59,127 nucleotides of DNA from an uncultured Candidatus Saccharibacteria bacterium (GCA_964525295.1 CAZGEO010000002.1:324551-383677); one strand, 5' to 3'; shown: positions 38,365 through 49,017, counted from the first letter of the stretch. Notes: a model not told the origin generated them from the sequence alone. Numbers and translations are program-made.

Positions 38365-38997
38365 ATGCAGCAACGCGCAGAATTTTGTTCTAACGAAAGT
38401 TACGAAAGCATTCATTTTGTTGGTTTGCACACAAATGAAGGCCAAAGATTTGAAGGAATCGATTTCCGTAATGTTGAGTTTATTAAATGCGATTTTAGTA
38501 GCATCGAATTTGTTCGCTGTTCTTTCGAGAACTGTACTTTTAAGCAATCAACATTATCATTAATGAAGCCAACTGAGTCTAAATTTGATAAGGTAACAAT
38601 CTCTCACTGCAAGCTAACGGGAATAGACTGGACGAGTGCCAATAAAACAATTACATTTGCAATACATTGCGAGAATTCAGATTGTAGTTACAATGTATTT
38701 GCCGGATTAAATCTGAGTAAGTCGAGCTTTAAAGAATGCAATTTTTATGAATCAGACTTTAGTGAAATAAAAGCAGTTTCAGTAAACTTCACTCAATCTA
38801 ATCTTGAGAGGGCAATATTTCGTCATGCTAATTTGCATAAGGCTGACTTCAGATTCGTAAAGAATATTTCTTTTGATATTACTCAGAATTTTGTGAAAGA
38901 TGCTATCTTCTCTCAAACAGAAGCAGAAATTCTATTGAGATCTGTAGGAATTGTATTATCAGATGAATTGCCACCTGAAAAGGAAGGCGAGGTCTAA
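38365..38997 (+). CDS. Pentapeptide-repeat protein
   Basis: Repeated [A/C/S]xFxx pentapeptides (CDFSS, CSFEN, CNFYE, SDFSE, ADFRF). Confidence 0.9.
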   Translation: MQQRAEFCSNESYESIHFVGLHTNEGQRFEGIDFRNVEFIKCDFSSIEFVRCSFENCTFKQSTLSLMKPTESKFDKVTISHCKLTGIDWTSANKTITFAIHCENSDCSYNVFAGLNLSKSSFKECNFYESDFSEIKAVSVNFTQSNLERAIFRHANLHKADFRFVKNISFDITQNFVKDAIFSQTEAEILLRSVGIVLSDELPPEKEGEV

Positions 38998-40001
38998 AGG
39001 TCAATTTTATCAATTTCGTGAGTAATTCTGGTAACCATCTCGTGAACATTTTTCATAAGATTAAGTTCATCACGAAGTTGCTTCGCACCAGGATATCCTT
39101 TTAAATAAACCTTGAAGAATTTTTTCATCATTTCAAAATTTTTTCGTCGCCCCCATTTCTCATCATAATGTTGCAAATGCCGTAGTAATAACGCCAAGCG
39201 CTCTTTCGGAAGCACCTCATGGTCTTCACGTTGTTCAGAGAAGATCCATAAATTCTCGAAAATGCCTCTGCCAACCATTGCGCCATCAAATTTATATTTG
39301 TCAGAGACATCATAAATCTGCTGTTTTGTAGTTATATCACCATTGCCAATAAGAATAGTGTTTGGCGCGACTTCGTCGCGCATACGAACTATCTCGCTCG
39401 CCAATTCCCAATGAGCAGGTACTTTTGACATTTCAGCAACAGTTCGAAGGTGAATGGTTAATGCGTCAATTTTCTGCTTCAACAGAAAATCGAGCCATGA
39501 CAATGTTATTTCAGAGAAACCTAAACGTGTTTTGATGCTAAATGCAAAATCATCATTTTTTGCAAAATCTGTAATTGCTCGATTAACCGCATCAATTACT
39601 TCTAACGCAAGCTGAGGTTGTCTTATCATTCCACCACCTGCGTTATTTTTTATAACATTGGGAGCAGGGCAGCCCATATTTACATCAACACCGTTAAATC
39701 CCAATTCAATAACCAACTTTACCGATTCATAATAACTCTCTGGTGTTTTTCCCCAAACTTGAGCGATGATTGGCTTTTCCGCTGGAAGATATTCGAATCT
39801 GTGAATGACGTGAGCACGGCCTTTTGGTGAACATATTCCATCACAATTGGTAAATTCTGTAACAAATACATCAGGACGACCTTGACTCATAACAATTTGT
39901 CGAAAAACTGTATCTGTCACATCTTCCATGGGAGCAAGTACAGTAATTGGACGACCTTTTTCTTGCGCTGATTTGCTTATATTCTTCCAAAAATTCCCCA
40001 T
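38994..40001 (-). CDS. tRNA-dihydrouridine synthase (Dus family)
   Basis: LAPMEDVTD, DVNMGCP, SIKTRLG, TIHLRT, GNGDI and MVGRG motifs. Confidence 0.93.
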   Translation of the reverse strand: MGNFWKNISKSAQEKGRPITVLAPMEDVTDTVFRQIVMSQGRPDVFVTEFTNCDGICSPKGRAHVIHRFEYLPAEKPIIAQVWGKTPESYYESVKLVIELGFNGVDVNMGCPAPNVIKNNAGGGMIRQPQLALEVIDAVNRAITDFAKNDDFAFSIKTRLGFSEITLSWLDFLLKQKIDALTIHLRTVAEMSKVPAHWELASEIVRMRDEVAPNTILIGNGDITTKQQIYDVSDKYKFDGAMVGRGIFENLWIFSEQREDHEVLPKERLALLLRHLQHYDEKWGRRKNFEMMKKFFKVYLKGYPGAKQLRDELNLMKNVHEMVTRITHEIDKIDL

Positions 40002-40031
40002 TTGTGTATTATAGCGAATTTTCCGTATATT

Positions 40032-40613
40032 TTACAGCTCTAATCTCGACAAATAACAATCTTCAGAGTGATCATTAACAACCCCAATCGCTTGCAGATA
40101 TGCATAAATTATTGTTGAACCTACAAACTTGAACCCTCTTTTTAATAGATCTTTACTAATCATGTCAGACAGTGGCGTTTTCGCTTGATAATCGCCAAGC
40201 TTCTTGGGTTTATTAACGATTGGCGTAAAATTTACAAAACCCCAAAGATATTTTGAAAAACTACCAAATTCATCCTGAATTTTCATGAAAGCCTGTGCAT
40301 TTGTTATTGCAGAGGCGATCTTCAATCTATTTCTGATTATTCCTGAATTTTGTAACAATTCTGCAGTTTTCCTTTCGTCATATTGTGCAATTTTCTTCAT
40401 CTCAAAATTATCAAATGCCTTTCTATAGTGCTCGCGCTTTGACAGTACTGTTCGCCAACTTAATCCAGCTTGAGCGCCTTCAAGAATGAGCATTTCATAT
40501 AATTTTGCATCATCGTACACTGGTTTTCCCCATTCTTGGTCGTGATACTTAATGTATAATTGATCATCTGCAGGACACCACGGACATCTACATAAAATTG
40601 TATCTTTCTTCAT
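40032..40613 (-). CDS. tag: DNA-3-methyladenine glycosylase I
   Basis: RCPW, YHDQEWG, EGAQAGLSW, IIRNRLKI, GFKFVG and NDH..DC. Confidence 0.95.
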   Translation of the reverse strand: MKKDTILCRCPWCPADDQLYIKYHDQEWGKPVYDDAKLYEMLILEGAQAGLSWRTVLSKREHYRKAFDNFEMKKIAQYDERKTAELLQNSGIIRNRLKIASAITNAQAFMKIQDEFGSFSKYLWGFVNFTPIVNKPKKLGDYQAKTPLSDMISKDLLKRGFKFVGSTIIYAYLQAIGVVNDHSEDCYLSRLEL

Positions 40614-42523
40614 GATTCAATTGATTGGAACTCAGAAGCGTCTACAGATATTTTCTGTAGTTCTTCAAGACAGCTTCTAATATCTTTTTTCAAAATCAAA
40701 TCCCCGAATGTTTCAGTCTTATGATTTCTTCCTGTCTCAAGAAGTAACCAATACAAAAGAATTCTTGCATCTTGTTGTCGAATCCAATTCGAACCAAATC
40801 GTTTAGCAAAGGCTTCACTCATGGGGAGATTTTTGGTGTCAGCACGATTATTGTTTTTTGTCGATTGAACTGCTGGAACTATAAATCGTTTCATATACAC
40901 GAGCCCATCATCTGGTGAGAAAGGACGAACCCAGCTTAGTGCACTAAGTAATGGCCTGCGAAATGTTACGCCAGTTTCCCACCAAACCAAAAGTTTTTTA
41001 TTAAATTCTGCGCGTAATTCATTTACCAATTCAGCTGTTAATGCCGTTACACCTGATTTGAGCAATTTTTCGAATCGTTCTCTTACCTCAATTTGAAGTA
41101 GTCCAAAAGGAGCTTGCCATCTTGAACTTTGGGCCTGATTAAAAGATGAAAACAGTTTCCCTTTGAAATACTTTAGCTGTTTATTTTTTTCCAAATTATC
41201 AGCTTTGAATTGTCCTTCCACCAACTGAGAAAAATCTTCCAATACACCAGTTGGTACTTGATCTGCTTGCTGTTTCGTTAAAATGTTATATTCAGCACCT
41301 AATTTAAGAATTATCGAATGAACAGCATGTGTTGTTTCATGGGCGAGAGTTTCAATAAATTCTTCGGCACTATCAACAGAAGGTGTCATGACAACGATAT
41401 TCACTGGCTTTCGCTCACTATTATAGGTATGCGATTGATAAGCTCTTTTGTTTGCAAATGGATGAATTGGCGCAAAGAACAGCTGTCTTGGCGTCTCATT
41501 TTGCGCAATAGGGAAGTATTGACCTATTAAATCGGTAGCATCATCGACCATTTCTTGTGTTTCACGTACTGTTCTCAATTTCGTGGGGAAATCCAATAAT
41601 TGCGCCTCTTCTTGGGCAATGTCCAACAAATTGATGAAGCCTTGTTTTTTATATTTCTTATACGAATTTGGTCTTTCAGCCTTGAAATGATTCAATACTT
41701 CTTTATGCATTGCTGAATCATTTAAGAACTCTTGCAATCGCCTTTTTACCGTTTTAGCATTTGGATAATCAATTATGTCAAGAAATGTCTCAATGTCTAG
41801 GCCAACAGCAAACAACTCTTTCCAAACCTTAAAGGCTAAACGAATGGAATAATCCTCTAAAGTGTTATCAGATGAGAGAGCTTCGACGTAAGTACTGTAA
41901 ATTAGTTTCTCATCATCTGTAAATTGACAAGTCATAAAATATTCACCGATTCGTGAAATATCTTGTTGAGAAATTGTTAATAAAATCTTGCGTATTTCAT
42001 CGACATTTCGATTCAATTGTAATGCAACCGTACTTGTTGCAAATAGAAAACTAGCCTCTTGTACCGTTGTAGTGTACATATTGGCTGATGAACGCATTTC
42101 TTCAGTAATTCCCTTGTACTGATCTACTGTTTTCATTGTTTCAATTTCATACCGAGAATGAAGTATTCCTCTGATAATTGGAGCAATTGCTCTCTTCACT
42201 GAATGATTGAATTCTTTGTTAGAAGATTTCTTAATGAACTTGAGACTCAGTTTAATAACTTCGAGTACATTTTGATACAGTTCCTCAACAGTTAATCCTT
42301 GCCACTCCAATACTTTTATTTGATATGGTTGACGTTCGGGGTGTGACTTAAATTCATTCCATTCTTTATCTGACTTGACCAAATCATATTGCATTTTTGG
42401 GATATCCCAATAATAGTCAGTGTAATTGCCCAAATCTTCAAGAAACGCAATGAAGCGTTGAGTATCAGAATCACCAGGATAGTATGCTAACTCAATTGAA
42501 AAAGTTTTTAAGATTTCTTTCAT
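40610..42523 (-). CDS. Hypothetical protein with zincin-like HExxH motif
   Basis: TLAHETTHAVH followed about 20 aa later by E (VLEDFS), as in gluzincins. Confidence 0.65.
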   Translation of the reverse strand: MKEILKTFSIELAYYPGDSDTQRFIAFLEDLGNYTDYYWDIPKMQYDLVKSDKEWNEFKSHPERQPYQIKVLEWQGLTVEELYQNVLEVIKLSLKFIKKSSNKEFNHSVKRAIAPIIRGILHSRYEIETMKTVDQYKGITEEMRSSANMYTTTVQEASFLFATSTVALQLNRNVDEIRKILLTISQQDISRIGEYFMTCQFTDDEKLIYSTYVEALSSDNTLEDYSIRLAFKVWKELFAVGLDIETFLDIIDYPNAKTVKRRLQEFLNDSAMHKEVLNHFKAERPNSYKKYKKQGFINLLDIAQEEAQLLDFPTKLRTVRETQEMVDDATDLIGQYFPIAQNETPRQLFFAPIHPFANKRAYQSHTYNSERKPVNIVVMTPSVDSAEEFIETLAHETTHAVHSIILKLGAEYNILTKQQADQVPTGVLEDFSQLVEGQFKADNLEKNKQLKYFKGKLFSSFNQAQSSRWQAPFGLLQIEVRERFEKLLKSGVTALTAELVNELRAEFNKKLLVWWETGVTFRRPLLSALSWVRPFSPDDGLVYMKRFIVPAVQSTKNNNRADTKNLPMSEAFAKRFGSNWIRQQDARILLYWLLLETGRNHKTETFGDLILKKDIRSCLEELQKISVDASEFQSIES

Positions 42524-42550
42524 TACTTCATTGTACTGAAGAAAGTGCTC

Positions 42551-42979
42551 TTACGCTAGCTTTTCGTCCAAGGCCTCATTTACCAATTTGTCGGCTGCCT
42601 TATTGTCTTTTCTTAACACATGAGTAAGTTTTGCAGTCGCAAACTTTTCTAGCAGTTCTTTTATTGAGGTAGCGTAACGTTTCAAATGCTCTTCACGAAT
42701 CTTATAAATTCCTGTTACTTGTCTAATCATCAATTCGCTATCTGCGAAGATTTGAATGTTTTTGCAGTTTGAATAAAAGTTTACTACATGAGTAAGTCCA
42801 CTTAGTAAGGCTTGATATTCAGCTTCATTATTCGTTGCAATACCAATATACTTTTTGTGCGCTTCAAGAATTTCGCCTGTTTCAGCTTCAATTACAAAAC
42901 CGATGCCTGCATGTCCAGGATTGTTTCTTGAACCGCCATCTGTACGGAGAATTAAGGTTGAGTAGTTATCATTTGCCAT
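42551..42979 (-). CDS. rnhA: Ribonuclease HI (archaeal/Rv2228c-type)
   Basis: TDGGSR.NPG.AG, ATNNEAEY, DSEL and N..AD.L.N motifs. Confidence 0.9.
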   Translation of the reverse strand: MANDNYSTLILRTDGGSRNNPGHAGIGFVIEAETGEILEAHKKYIGIATNNEAEYQALLSGLTHVVNFYSNCKNIQIFADSELMIRQVTGIYKIREEHLKRYATSIKELLEKFATAKLTHVLRKDNKAADKLVNEALDEKLA

Positions 42980-42999
42980 TGACCGTATAATACCATGAA

Positions 43000-44199
43000 A
43001 TGAATCTTGAAAAATACCTTTGGAATTACCTTGTTAAGCAAGGTCAAAAACTTGAAGAAACTAATAAGCATTGCTATGGTTGCGGTTCGTGTCGCTATTA
43101 CGATTTCAGTTATGAATCACAACTCGAAGGAAAACGTCAATGGGTTGCTCATGTCATGGCAGAGAATGCCGGATATTCCGAGGAAATTACTATAGAAGCG
43201 TCGCCAAAAACAAAATATTATCGTGGTCGTATGGACTTCGTTGCGACAAAAGGAATGATCGGAATGCGTAGAAGTGGTGGGTTTAATAAAGTTTATGATG
43301 TTGAAAATTCGTGTATCTATGATGAAAATATCGGTGAGATACTTACCAAACTTCGAAAATTCAAGAAGTTTCCCGATTATGATTTAGTAACTCATGAAGG
43401 GGTGATTCGCTACTTTGTAACTAGAAAAACGCGACATAACGAAGTAGAACAATACCTACTATCTGTAGTTGTAACAGAAATTAAAGAAGATTTCGTAGAT
43501 TCGCTTAAATCATTTCTTAAAGATGAAGATCTTTGGGAATATTTCACCGTGATCTGCATAATATTACAACCTTCAAAAGCAGATTTATCGTATGGAGAGG
43601 TCAGTACTTATCTAAAAGGTTTAACATTAAAGCAAGATCTCAAAATCGATAAGAAGATAGTTACTTTAGATATTGGGCCACAATCATTCTTCCAAGCCAA
43701 TACCGTAATGTTTGAAAAAGTTTTAGAATATATGAGCGCAAATTTAGCAGAACACGAATATACGTATATATACGATCTATACGGAGGTGTCGGCAGCATT
43801 GGCATTGCGCTTGCTACTTCCAAAACGATATTGCACATGGCCGAGAATAATCCTGAGAATACAATTCTTTTTGAAGCAAACTGCAAACAAAATAATATTG
43901 CTAGTAGAGAAGTTTTTGAAGGTACTGTAGCAGAATTTCTTGATAACAAAGAATTTGAAAAAGATAATCTTGTAATATTCGATCCACCAAGAATCGGGTT
44001 AGAAGAAAAGGTTGCAAGGAAATTCTTAACTAAAAAGAATTTACCTAATACGCTCATATATATGTCATGCAATCCAGTAAGCCAGGCGACAGATCTCAAA
44101 ATTCTATCTGAAAAATACAATATTCAAAGTATTAAAGCATTCGATATGTTCCCTTATGCATCACATATCGAGACGGTAGCGATACTTCGCCTTCGCTGA
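43000..44199 (+). CDS. RNA (uracil-C5)-methyltransferase, RlmD/TrmA family, without TRAM domain
   Basis: CYGCGSC cluster, SFFQAN, DLYGGVG, DPPR.G, catalytic YMSCNP and DMFPY.SHIE. Confidence 0.88.
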   Translation: MNLEKYLWNYLVKQGQKLEETNKHCYGCGSCRYYDFSYESQLEGKRQWVAHVMAENAGYSEEITIEASPKTKYYRGRMDFVATKGMIGMRRSGGFNKVYDVENSCIYDENIGEILTKLRKFKKFPDYDLVTHEGVIRYFVTRKTRHNEVEQYLLSVVVTEIKEDFVDSLKSFLKDEDLWEYFTVICIILQPSKADLSYGEVSTYLKGLTLKQDLKIDKKIVTLDIGPQSFFQANTVMFEKVLEYMSANLAEHEYTYIYDLYGGVGSIGIALATSKTILHMAENNPENTILFEANCKQNNIASREVFEGTVAEFLDNKEFEKDNLVIFDPPRIGLEEKVARKFLTKKNLPNTLIYMSCNPVSQATDLKILSEKYNIQSIKAFDMFPYASHIETVAILRLR

Positions 44200-44220
44200 A
44201 GAACTGTGATACGATAAATC

Positions 44221-45453
44221 ATGAGCTTGTCGCGTGTACATTTACTTATTCTACTATTGTTCACATTCATTTTACCTATTAAAACAGTTGCAGCCGAAGA
44301 TTTAGCAAGTCCAAATTATAAACTTGTAGATCCAGAATTGGCGGCAACTTCAGGTGAAACCACGTCTTCTAATTACCGAACATTATTAACTGGTCAAAAT
44401 TGGCTTACTAATACGCAAATTTCATCTTCGTTGTACAAAATCGGTTCTGGACAAGCCTATACATTTATGGCCAATACACCAAAAATTCGTTGTGCAGAAA
44501 CAACAACAGATCAAGCAACAACAACTTGTACGGCTTTGCCAACACCTATTACTGCAAATGGGGGAATGCAAAGTGTTTGCGGCGAAGCAGGTTGTTATGA
44601 TAGAGCAAAGATTGAGATTGATACACAGGGTAATCCAGCAGATACTCTCTATATTATTGAGATAAGCACCGATAATTGGACTACAGTAAACGTTATTGAT
44701 GGAAATACTCGAGTGCCCAAACCACTAATTTCAAAATCAATTTCAGATTACAAAACGATGTCTGCATGGGAAGCAGCTCCTTGGAATTCATTCAATGTAC
44801 TTGGTCTACGACCACAAACCACTTATCAAGTTCGTTTACGAGCGCTTCATGGAGATTTCACAGAGACTGCTAACAGTCCTACAAAATCATTTACTACTGC
44901 TTCACCAACGATGCAATTTGATATCAACATAGCAAACGCATTTAATTCTTCAACTAACCCTCCTCATGTCGTTAATTTTGGTAAGATTCTGCCCGGCACA
45001 ATTTCATCGACATTTTTGCAGAATACCGTATATGTTAAGCTTTCAACCAACGTTCATACAGGTGCGTTAGTATTTGTTTCAAGTGCAAATAATGGGCTTT
45101 ATAGTAATGATTCAAATTATACAATTCCCAGTATTGATTCGTTAGATCTTTCTTCGGAAATCTCCGGATTCGGTGCGAAAATTTCATCTCATCAGGCGAT
45201 ACCGAATACTACATTTGGTATTGCTACTCGCTACAATAATGGTGCATTAAATCAAATTGGTTCAATTTTATCAGCACCGCAGCTTCTCATGTGTAGTGAT
45301 AGTAATGCAACACATGATTGTGTTTCAGGAGATACATCGTGGGTTGATTCTTTTGAAGCCAGAGTTGACTTACTTACAAAAGCTGCACCTAACACACCCT
45401 CTGTGAATGATTTCTCAGAAACGATAACTTTTACTGCCATTGCAAATTGGTAA
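44221..45453 (+). CDS. Secreted protein with FN3-like and WxL-like beta domains
   Basis: Signal peptide, GLRPQTTYQVRLRA (FN3-like), C-terminal SETITFTAIANW. Confidence 0.7.
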   Translation: MSLSRVHLLILLLFTFILPIKTVAAEDLASPNYKLVDPELAATSGETTSSNYRTLLTGQNWLTNTQISSSLYKIGSGQAYTFMANTPKIRCAETTTDQATTTCTALPTPITANGGMQSVCGEAGCYDRAKIEIDTQGNPADTLYIIEISTDNWTTVNVIDGNTRVPKPLISKSISDYKTMSAWEAAPWNSFNVLGLRPQTTYQVRLRALHGDFTETANSPTKSFTTASPTMQFDINIANAFNSSTNPPHVVNFGKILPGTISSTFLQNTVYVKLSTNVHTGALVFVSSANNGLYSNDSNYTIPSIDSLDLSSEISGFGAKISSHQAIPNTTFGIATRYNNGALNQIGSILSAPQLLMCSDSNATHDCVSGDTSWVDSFEARVDLLTKAAPNTPSVNDFSETITFTAIANW

Positions 45454-45454
45454 T

Positions 45455-46309
45455 ATGATAACCGCCACCCCTGCAGAAATATATCTTGATAATAAAGAGA
45501 GTATTCAAATAACATTAAAAACCGACTTTCTACTAACAATAGACAATATTTCATTGCATATGGCTTCAGTAGAAAAGAATAGGCTAGTCACCAATGAATG
45601 TCACTTGTCACCAGCTAGTTTAAGAATTTCAAATAACTCACTCGTCACAATAAATCGTAACCAGCTGCATGAAGACATACAACGCTGTTCGCAACATTCT
45701 GGAGTACCAACGTTAAAAATCACTTCAAAAGATTCAAGCATTACCGATAAGTTTTCAAATATTGAAGAAGTTCTTCTCCCCATATTCGTGCTCGATTCAA
45801 ATTCTACCTTACAACAAAGTAGAACAGCCGATACTATCACTAAACTGCAAAAGGAGTTAGCAATTATCGATTTTTCTTGCACTCCAAGCATATTGATTTG
45901 GCAAAATGAGGTCGATTGTAAGGGCACCATAACAAATACAACAGAATCTTATGTGTTGGCAACAATAACAGCATATGAACAAGAAAAATTTCCACAATTT
46001 GTTACAAAATCCCAGAAAATTATTGAACCACGCGTCTTACTATTACCGGGGCAGTCAATCTCTTTTCGCGACACTTTTAAGCAAGATTCGGTAGTGTTGG
46101 GCACAAAAAGTCAGGAAGTTTTTGTTGCATTCAGCGATCCAGCTGGAGGAACACCTTTCATCGCAACTGCAAGCAATACCACTTACTTGCTCTCATTGGG
46201 GTTACTTGTTTTAGTTACTAGCGTTCTCACCGTTTTGTTTGCTATACTGATGGTGAAGATTAAGAATAAATTTACTGTCCAAACCGATGTCAATAAAGGA
46301 ACCGTTTAA
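45455..46309 (+). CDS. Surface protein with C-terminal TM anchor
   Basis: Beta-rich ORF ending in a hydrophobic helix and basic tail. Confidence 0.65.
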   Translation: MITATPAEIYLDNKESIQITLKTDFLLTIDNISLHMASVEKNRLVTNECHLSPASLRISNNSLVTINRNQLHEDIQRCSQHSGVPTLKITSKDSSITDKFSNIEEVLLPIFVLDSNSTLQQSRTADTITKLQKELAIIDFSCTPSILIWQNEVDCKGTITNTTESYVLATITAYEQEKFPQFVTKSQKIIEPRVLLLPGQSISFRDTFKQDSVVLGTKSQEVFVAFSDPAGGTPFIATASNTTYLLSLGLLVLVTSVLTVLFAILMVKIKNKFTVQTDVNKGTV

Positions 46310-48587
46310 ACTACCGAAGCTCGATTATTTCGATATCTTTAGCATACTCATATGGCTAACACTTTTAATTCCAGCTGTACAGTTACCGAACAATAGTAGT
46401 TTCACATTTCTACGAAGTATCATTCTTATCTTCCTTATACTTTCATTTACTCTCTTTATTGCGATAAAAACTGTAAAGGAAAAAAGAATGTACTTTTACT
46501 CAGCGACACCAGGCAATATTTCGATGTTAGTATTTGCTGCAAGCATCGTTCTTTCACTTATCTTTTCCGCTTCATTCATTGACTCACTATTTGGCTATGA
46601 TTTTTCATTCGCATCAAGCACTTTGGTGTTATTGGCGTTACTATTGCTTTACTTCACCCTTAAAGTAGCAGGGCTTTCACTTGAAGTCTCTATTTCAAGA
46701 GTTTTTTCTGCACTACCACTCACCATTATAACTGCTAGCTTTGTTTCACTGTTCGCATATTTTCTACCGGAATCTGCATATTATTCAGTGCTTGGGAATT
46801 ATGCGACATATTTTACGTTCGCGAAAAGTGCACCCTTTGCGTTACTTGGTTCCTCAAGTGCAACGGTGTTATTAAGCGTGATCGCTTTGGTTGTCGCGTC
46901 ACACCAAATTACCAACACTTTTAAACTTCCACTTAAGGTCAATTTTGATTTTGTTAGAAAATTTACAACACTGGTTTTATTATCAATACTACTTTCTTTC
47001 ACGATATATACGAGTTTTGTTTCAACACAATTATTTTCTTTATGGAATTTTGTGATATTTATTATAGTTGGAATAACTCTTCTGTATTCGTATCTTCAAC
47101 ACAAAACTAAGCAAACGACCAGAACATTAGCAATATTCGCTAGTGCTATTGTATTGACATTCTCATTAGGTCTTCTGTGGGGTAAGGTAGGATTTATAGG
47201 CGCATTACCGTCATTATCAATTTCTCAATCTGAATCTACTGAAGTACTGAAACAAGCATTTTTGAATAGACAAATACCTTTATTTAGAGAATTTGTAGGA
47301 TTTGGTTCGGGAACATATCCGTATTTATATCTGCAATATCGTTCACTTGATGCAGCAAAAAGTTATGGTAATCAGACTTTCTTTTTTAAACCCGCAACAT
47401 TTATTGAGGAATTCTTCACAGAAACTGGGTTGATTGGGGTAATCTCACTATTGTCACTATTCATTATTGTTATTTACTCTTATGTAAAGGCCAGTAACAG
47501 GAAATCTTTGCTCTTGGAATTCAATATATTACTTATTATGCTCGCAAGTATTTTTATTGCACCATCATCACTCGCGTCAATTACCGTATTGATACTTGCA
47601 TTTGCAGCATTTTTTGACAAGTACGAATCTTTGCCAGAACAATTGCCTGCAATAAGAGCTTTCGAAATCAAAGAGACTTTGTATACTAATAGATCAATTT
47701 CGCGAACTGGATTGGTTTTCATAGTGTTTTCAGTAATTGCTTCAGCCTTATTAATACTATCCGTTATTCCAGCAATGCAAACAATAATCTTGAACACGAA
47801 AGCACAATCGCGCCTCATTATTGGGCAAACTGAGGCAGCAAAATCAGTTGAAGTTGGAGCCAAAACACTCCAAAGCTCATTTGAAATTGCAAATCGACCT
47901 ATTCTTTTATGCAGTAGCTGCACAACACTTTCGCCGTTACGTCTGAATTCGCTTATTGCATTAGAATCAATTTACAAAACCTTACCCGAAGATAAGCAAA
48001 AGGAGTCTGTTGAACTGCAACAAATCTACAACTTAATACTTGCAGAATCTTCTTCACTTTTCTCTAACACTAGTGCTCGCTACGATCATTGGTTATTGCT
48101 ATCTCAAGCGTACCGATTACTTGCCGAACAAGAGAAATCCTCAACCTTCTATACGATGTCGCTGCAAAGCGTTAAGAATGCTCTTGTAAATAATCCTTTA
48201 TCTATAGAAGCCAATTACGTTTATATCGATACTTTAATGACAATTGGCAACACGAATGAGATTAATACTGAAATTGCAGGAAGAATTCAACTTTTAAAAC
48301 AGCTGGTTGGTACGCCAATTCAGTTACAATTAACTGAAGCTATTCTATACGCTAGAATTCAGCAATTTAGCACTGCTTTAGATATTCTTGAAAAGATCAA
48401 GACTGAAACTGAATCGTTGACAAGCTTTACAGAAGAGCAAAAGAAACAAGTAATTGATATCGTTAATGCACGAATCGCAGAAATCAAAAAAGCAGAACAA
48501 GAAGCTAACTCAAAACCACAACAAACAATTCAACCTTCTGCTCAACCAACGCGTACTCCAGAACCTACACCTATACCAACGAAATAA
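46287..48587 (+). CDS. Polytopic membrane protein, O-antigen-ligase-like N-half with TPR-like C-terminal region
   Basis: More than 10 TM segments, a GFGSGTY loop, a helical-repeat C-terminus and a Pro/Thr-rich tail. Confidence 0.7.
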   Translation: MSIKEPFKLPKLDYFDIFSILIWLTLLIPAVQLPNNSSFTFLRSIILIFLILSFTLFIAIKTVKEKRMYFYSATPGNISMLVFAASIVLSLIFSASFIDSLFGYDFSFASSTLVLLALLLLYFTLKVAGLSLEVSISRVFSALPLTIITASFVSLFAYFLPESAYYSVLGNYATYFTFAKSAPFALLGSSSATVLLSVIALVVASHQITNTFKLPLKVNFDFVRKFTTLVLLSILLSFTIYTSFVSTQLFSLWNFVIFIIVGITLLYSYLQHKTKQTTRTLAIFASAIVLTFSLGLLWGKVGFIGALPSLSISQSESTEVLKQAFLNRQIPLFREFVGFGSGTYPYLYLQYRSLDAAKSYGNQTFFFKPATFIEEFFTETGLIGVISLLSLFIIVIYSYVKASNRKSLLLEFNILLIMLASIFIAPSSLASITVLILAFAAFFDKYESLPEQLPAIRAFEIKETLYTNRSISRTGLVFIVFSVIASALLILSVIPAMQTIILNTKAQSRLIIGQTEAAKSVEVGAKTLQSSFEIANRPILLCSSCTTLSPLRLNSLIALESIYKTLPEDKQKESVELQQIYNLILAESSSLFSNTSARYDHWLLLSQAYRLLAEQEKSSTFYTMSLQSVKNALVNNPLSIEANYVYIDTLMTIGNTNEINTEIAGRIQLLKQLVGTPIQLQLTEAILYARIQQFSTALDILEKIKTETESLTSFTEEQKKQVIDIVNARIAEIKKAEQEANSKPQQTIQPSAQPTRTPEPTPIPTK

Positions 48588-48643
48588 ACCTCTGAACCAG
48601 CTACTATCTGTGAGAAAGCTATTTATGCTTACACACGGGCAGA

Positions 48644-48991
48644 TTATTCGAATGCATATAGATCTTGTTGAATTAGAAGTTTACAAATGTATTGCGTTTT
48701 TTTAGCTGACCAATAAACTTTAATTAGTCTCAGTGACACGTCTCTTTTTAATTGAACTGAAAGCTGTTCAGCTGCTCTATACATTCGATATAGCTTTATT
48801 TGAGATACATAGCTATGTTGCGCGCCTTCGGCGCGCTGTCGATATCTTACTTCAATTGCATAAATCATTTCACGTTTTTGAGCGACAATATCGATTTCTA
48901 GGTATCCAATTCTAAAGTTGCGCTGAAGAATAACAAAACCTTTGCTTAGTAAATATTCTGCAGCAAGATTTTCAGCTTCTCGCCAAGTCAT
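48644..48991 (-). CDS. yraN: YraN (UPF0102) family protein
   Basis: AE..AAEYL..KG..IL.RNFR....EIDIVA....I.EVR motif. Confidence 0.88.
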   Translation of the reverse strand: MTWREAENLAAEYLLSKGFVILQRNFRIGYLEIDIVAQKREMIYAIEVRYRQRAEGAQHSYVSQIKLYRMYRAAEQLSVQLKRDVSLRLIKVYWSAKKTQYICKLLIQQDLYAFE

Positions 48992-49017
48992 TCAATAACT
49001 TATCACACGAATTCTGA

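Noticed and set aside
42995-43003. ATG-AAA-TGA micro-ORF overlapping the RlmD-like start
   Set aside because: Its ATG is only 3 nt after the -10 hexamer, so it is probably upstream of the TSS.
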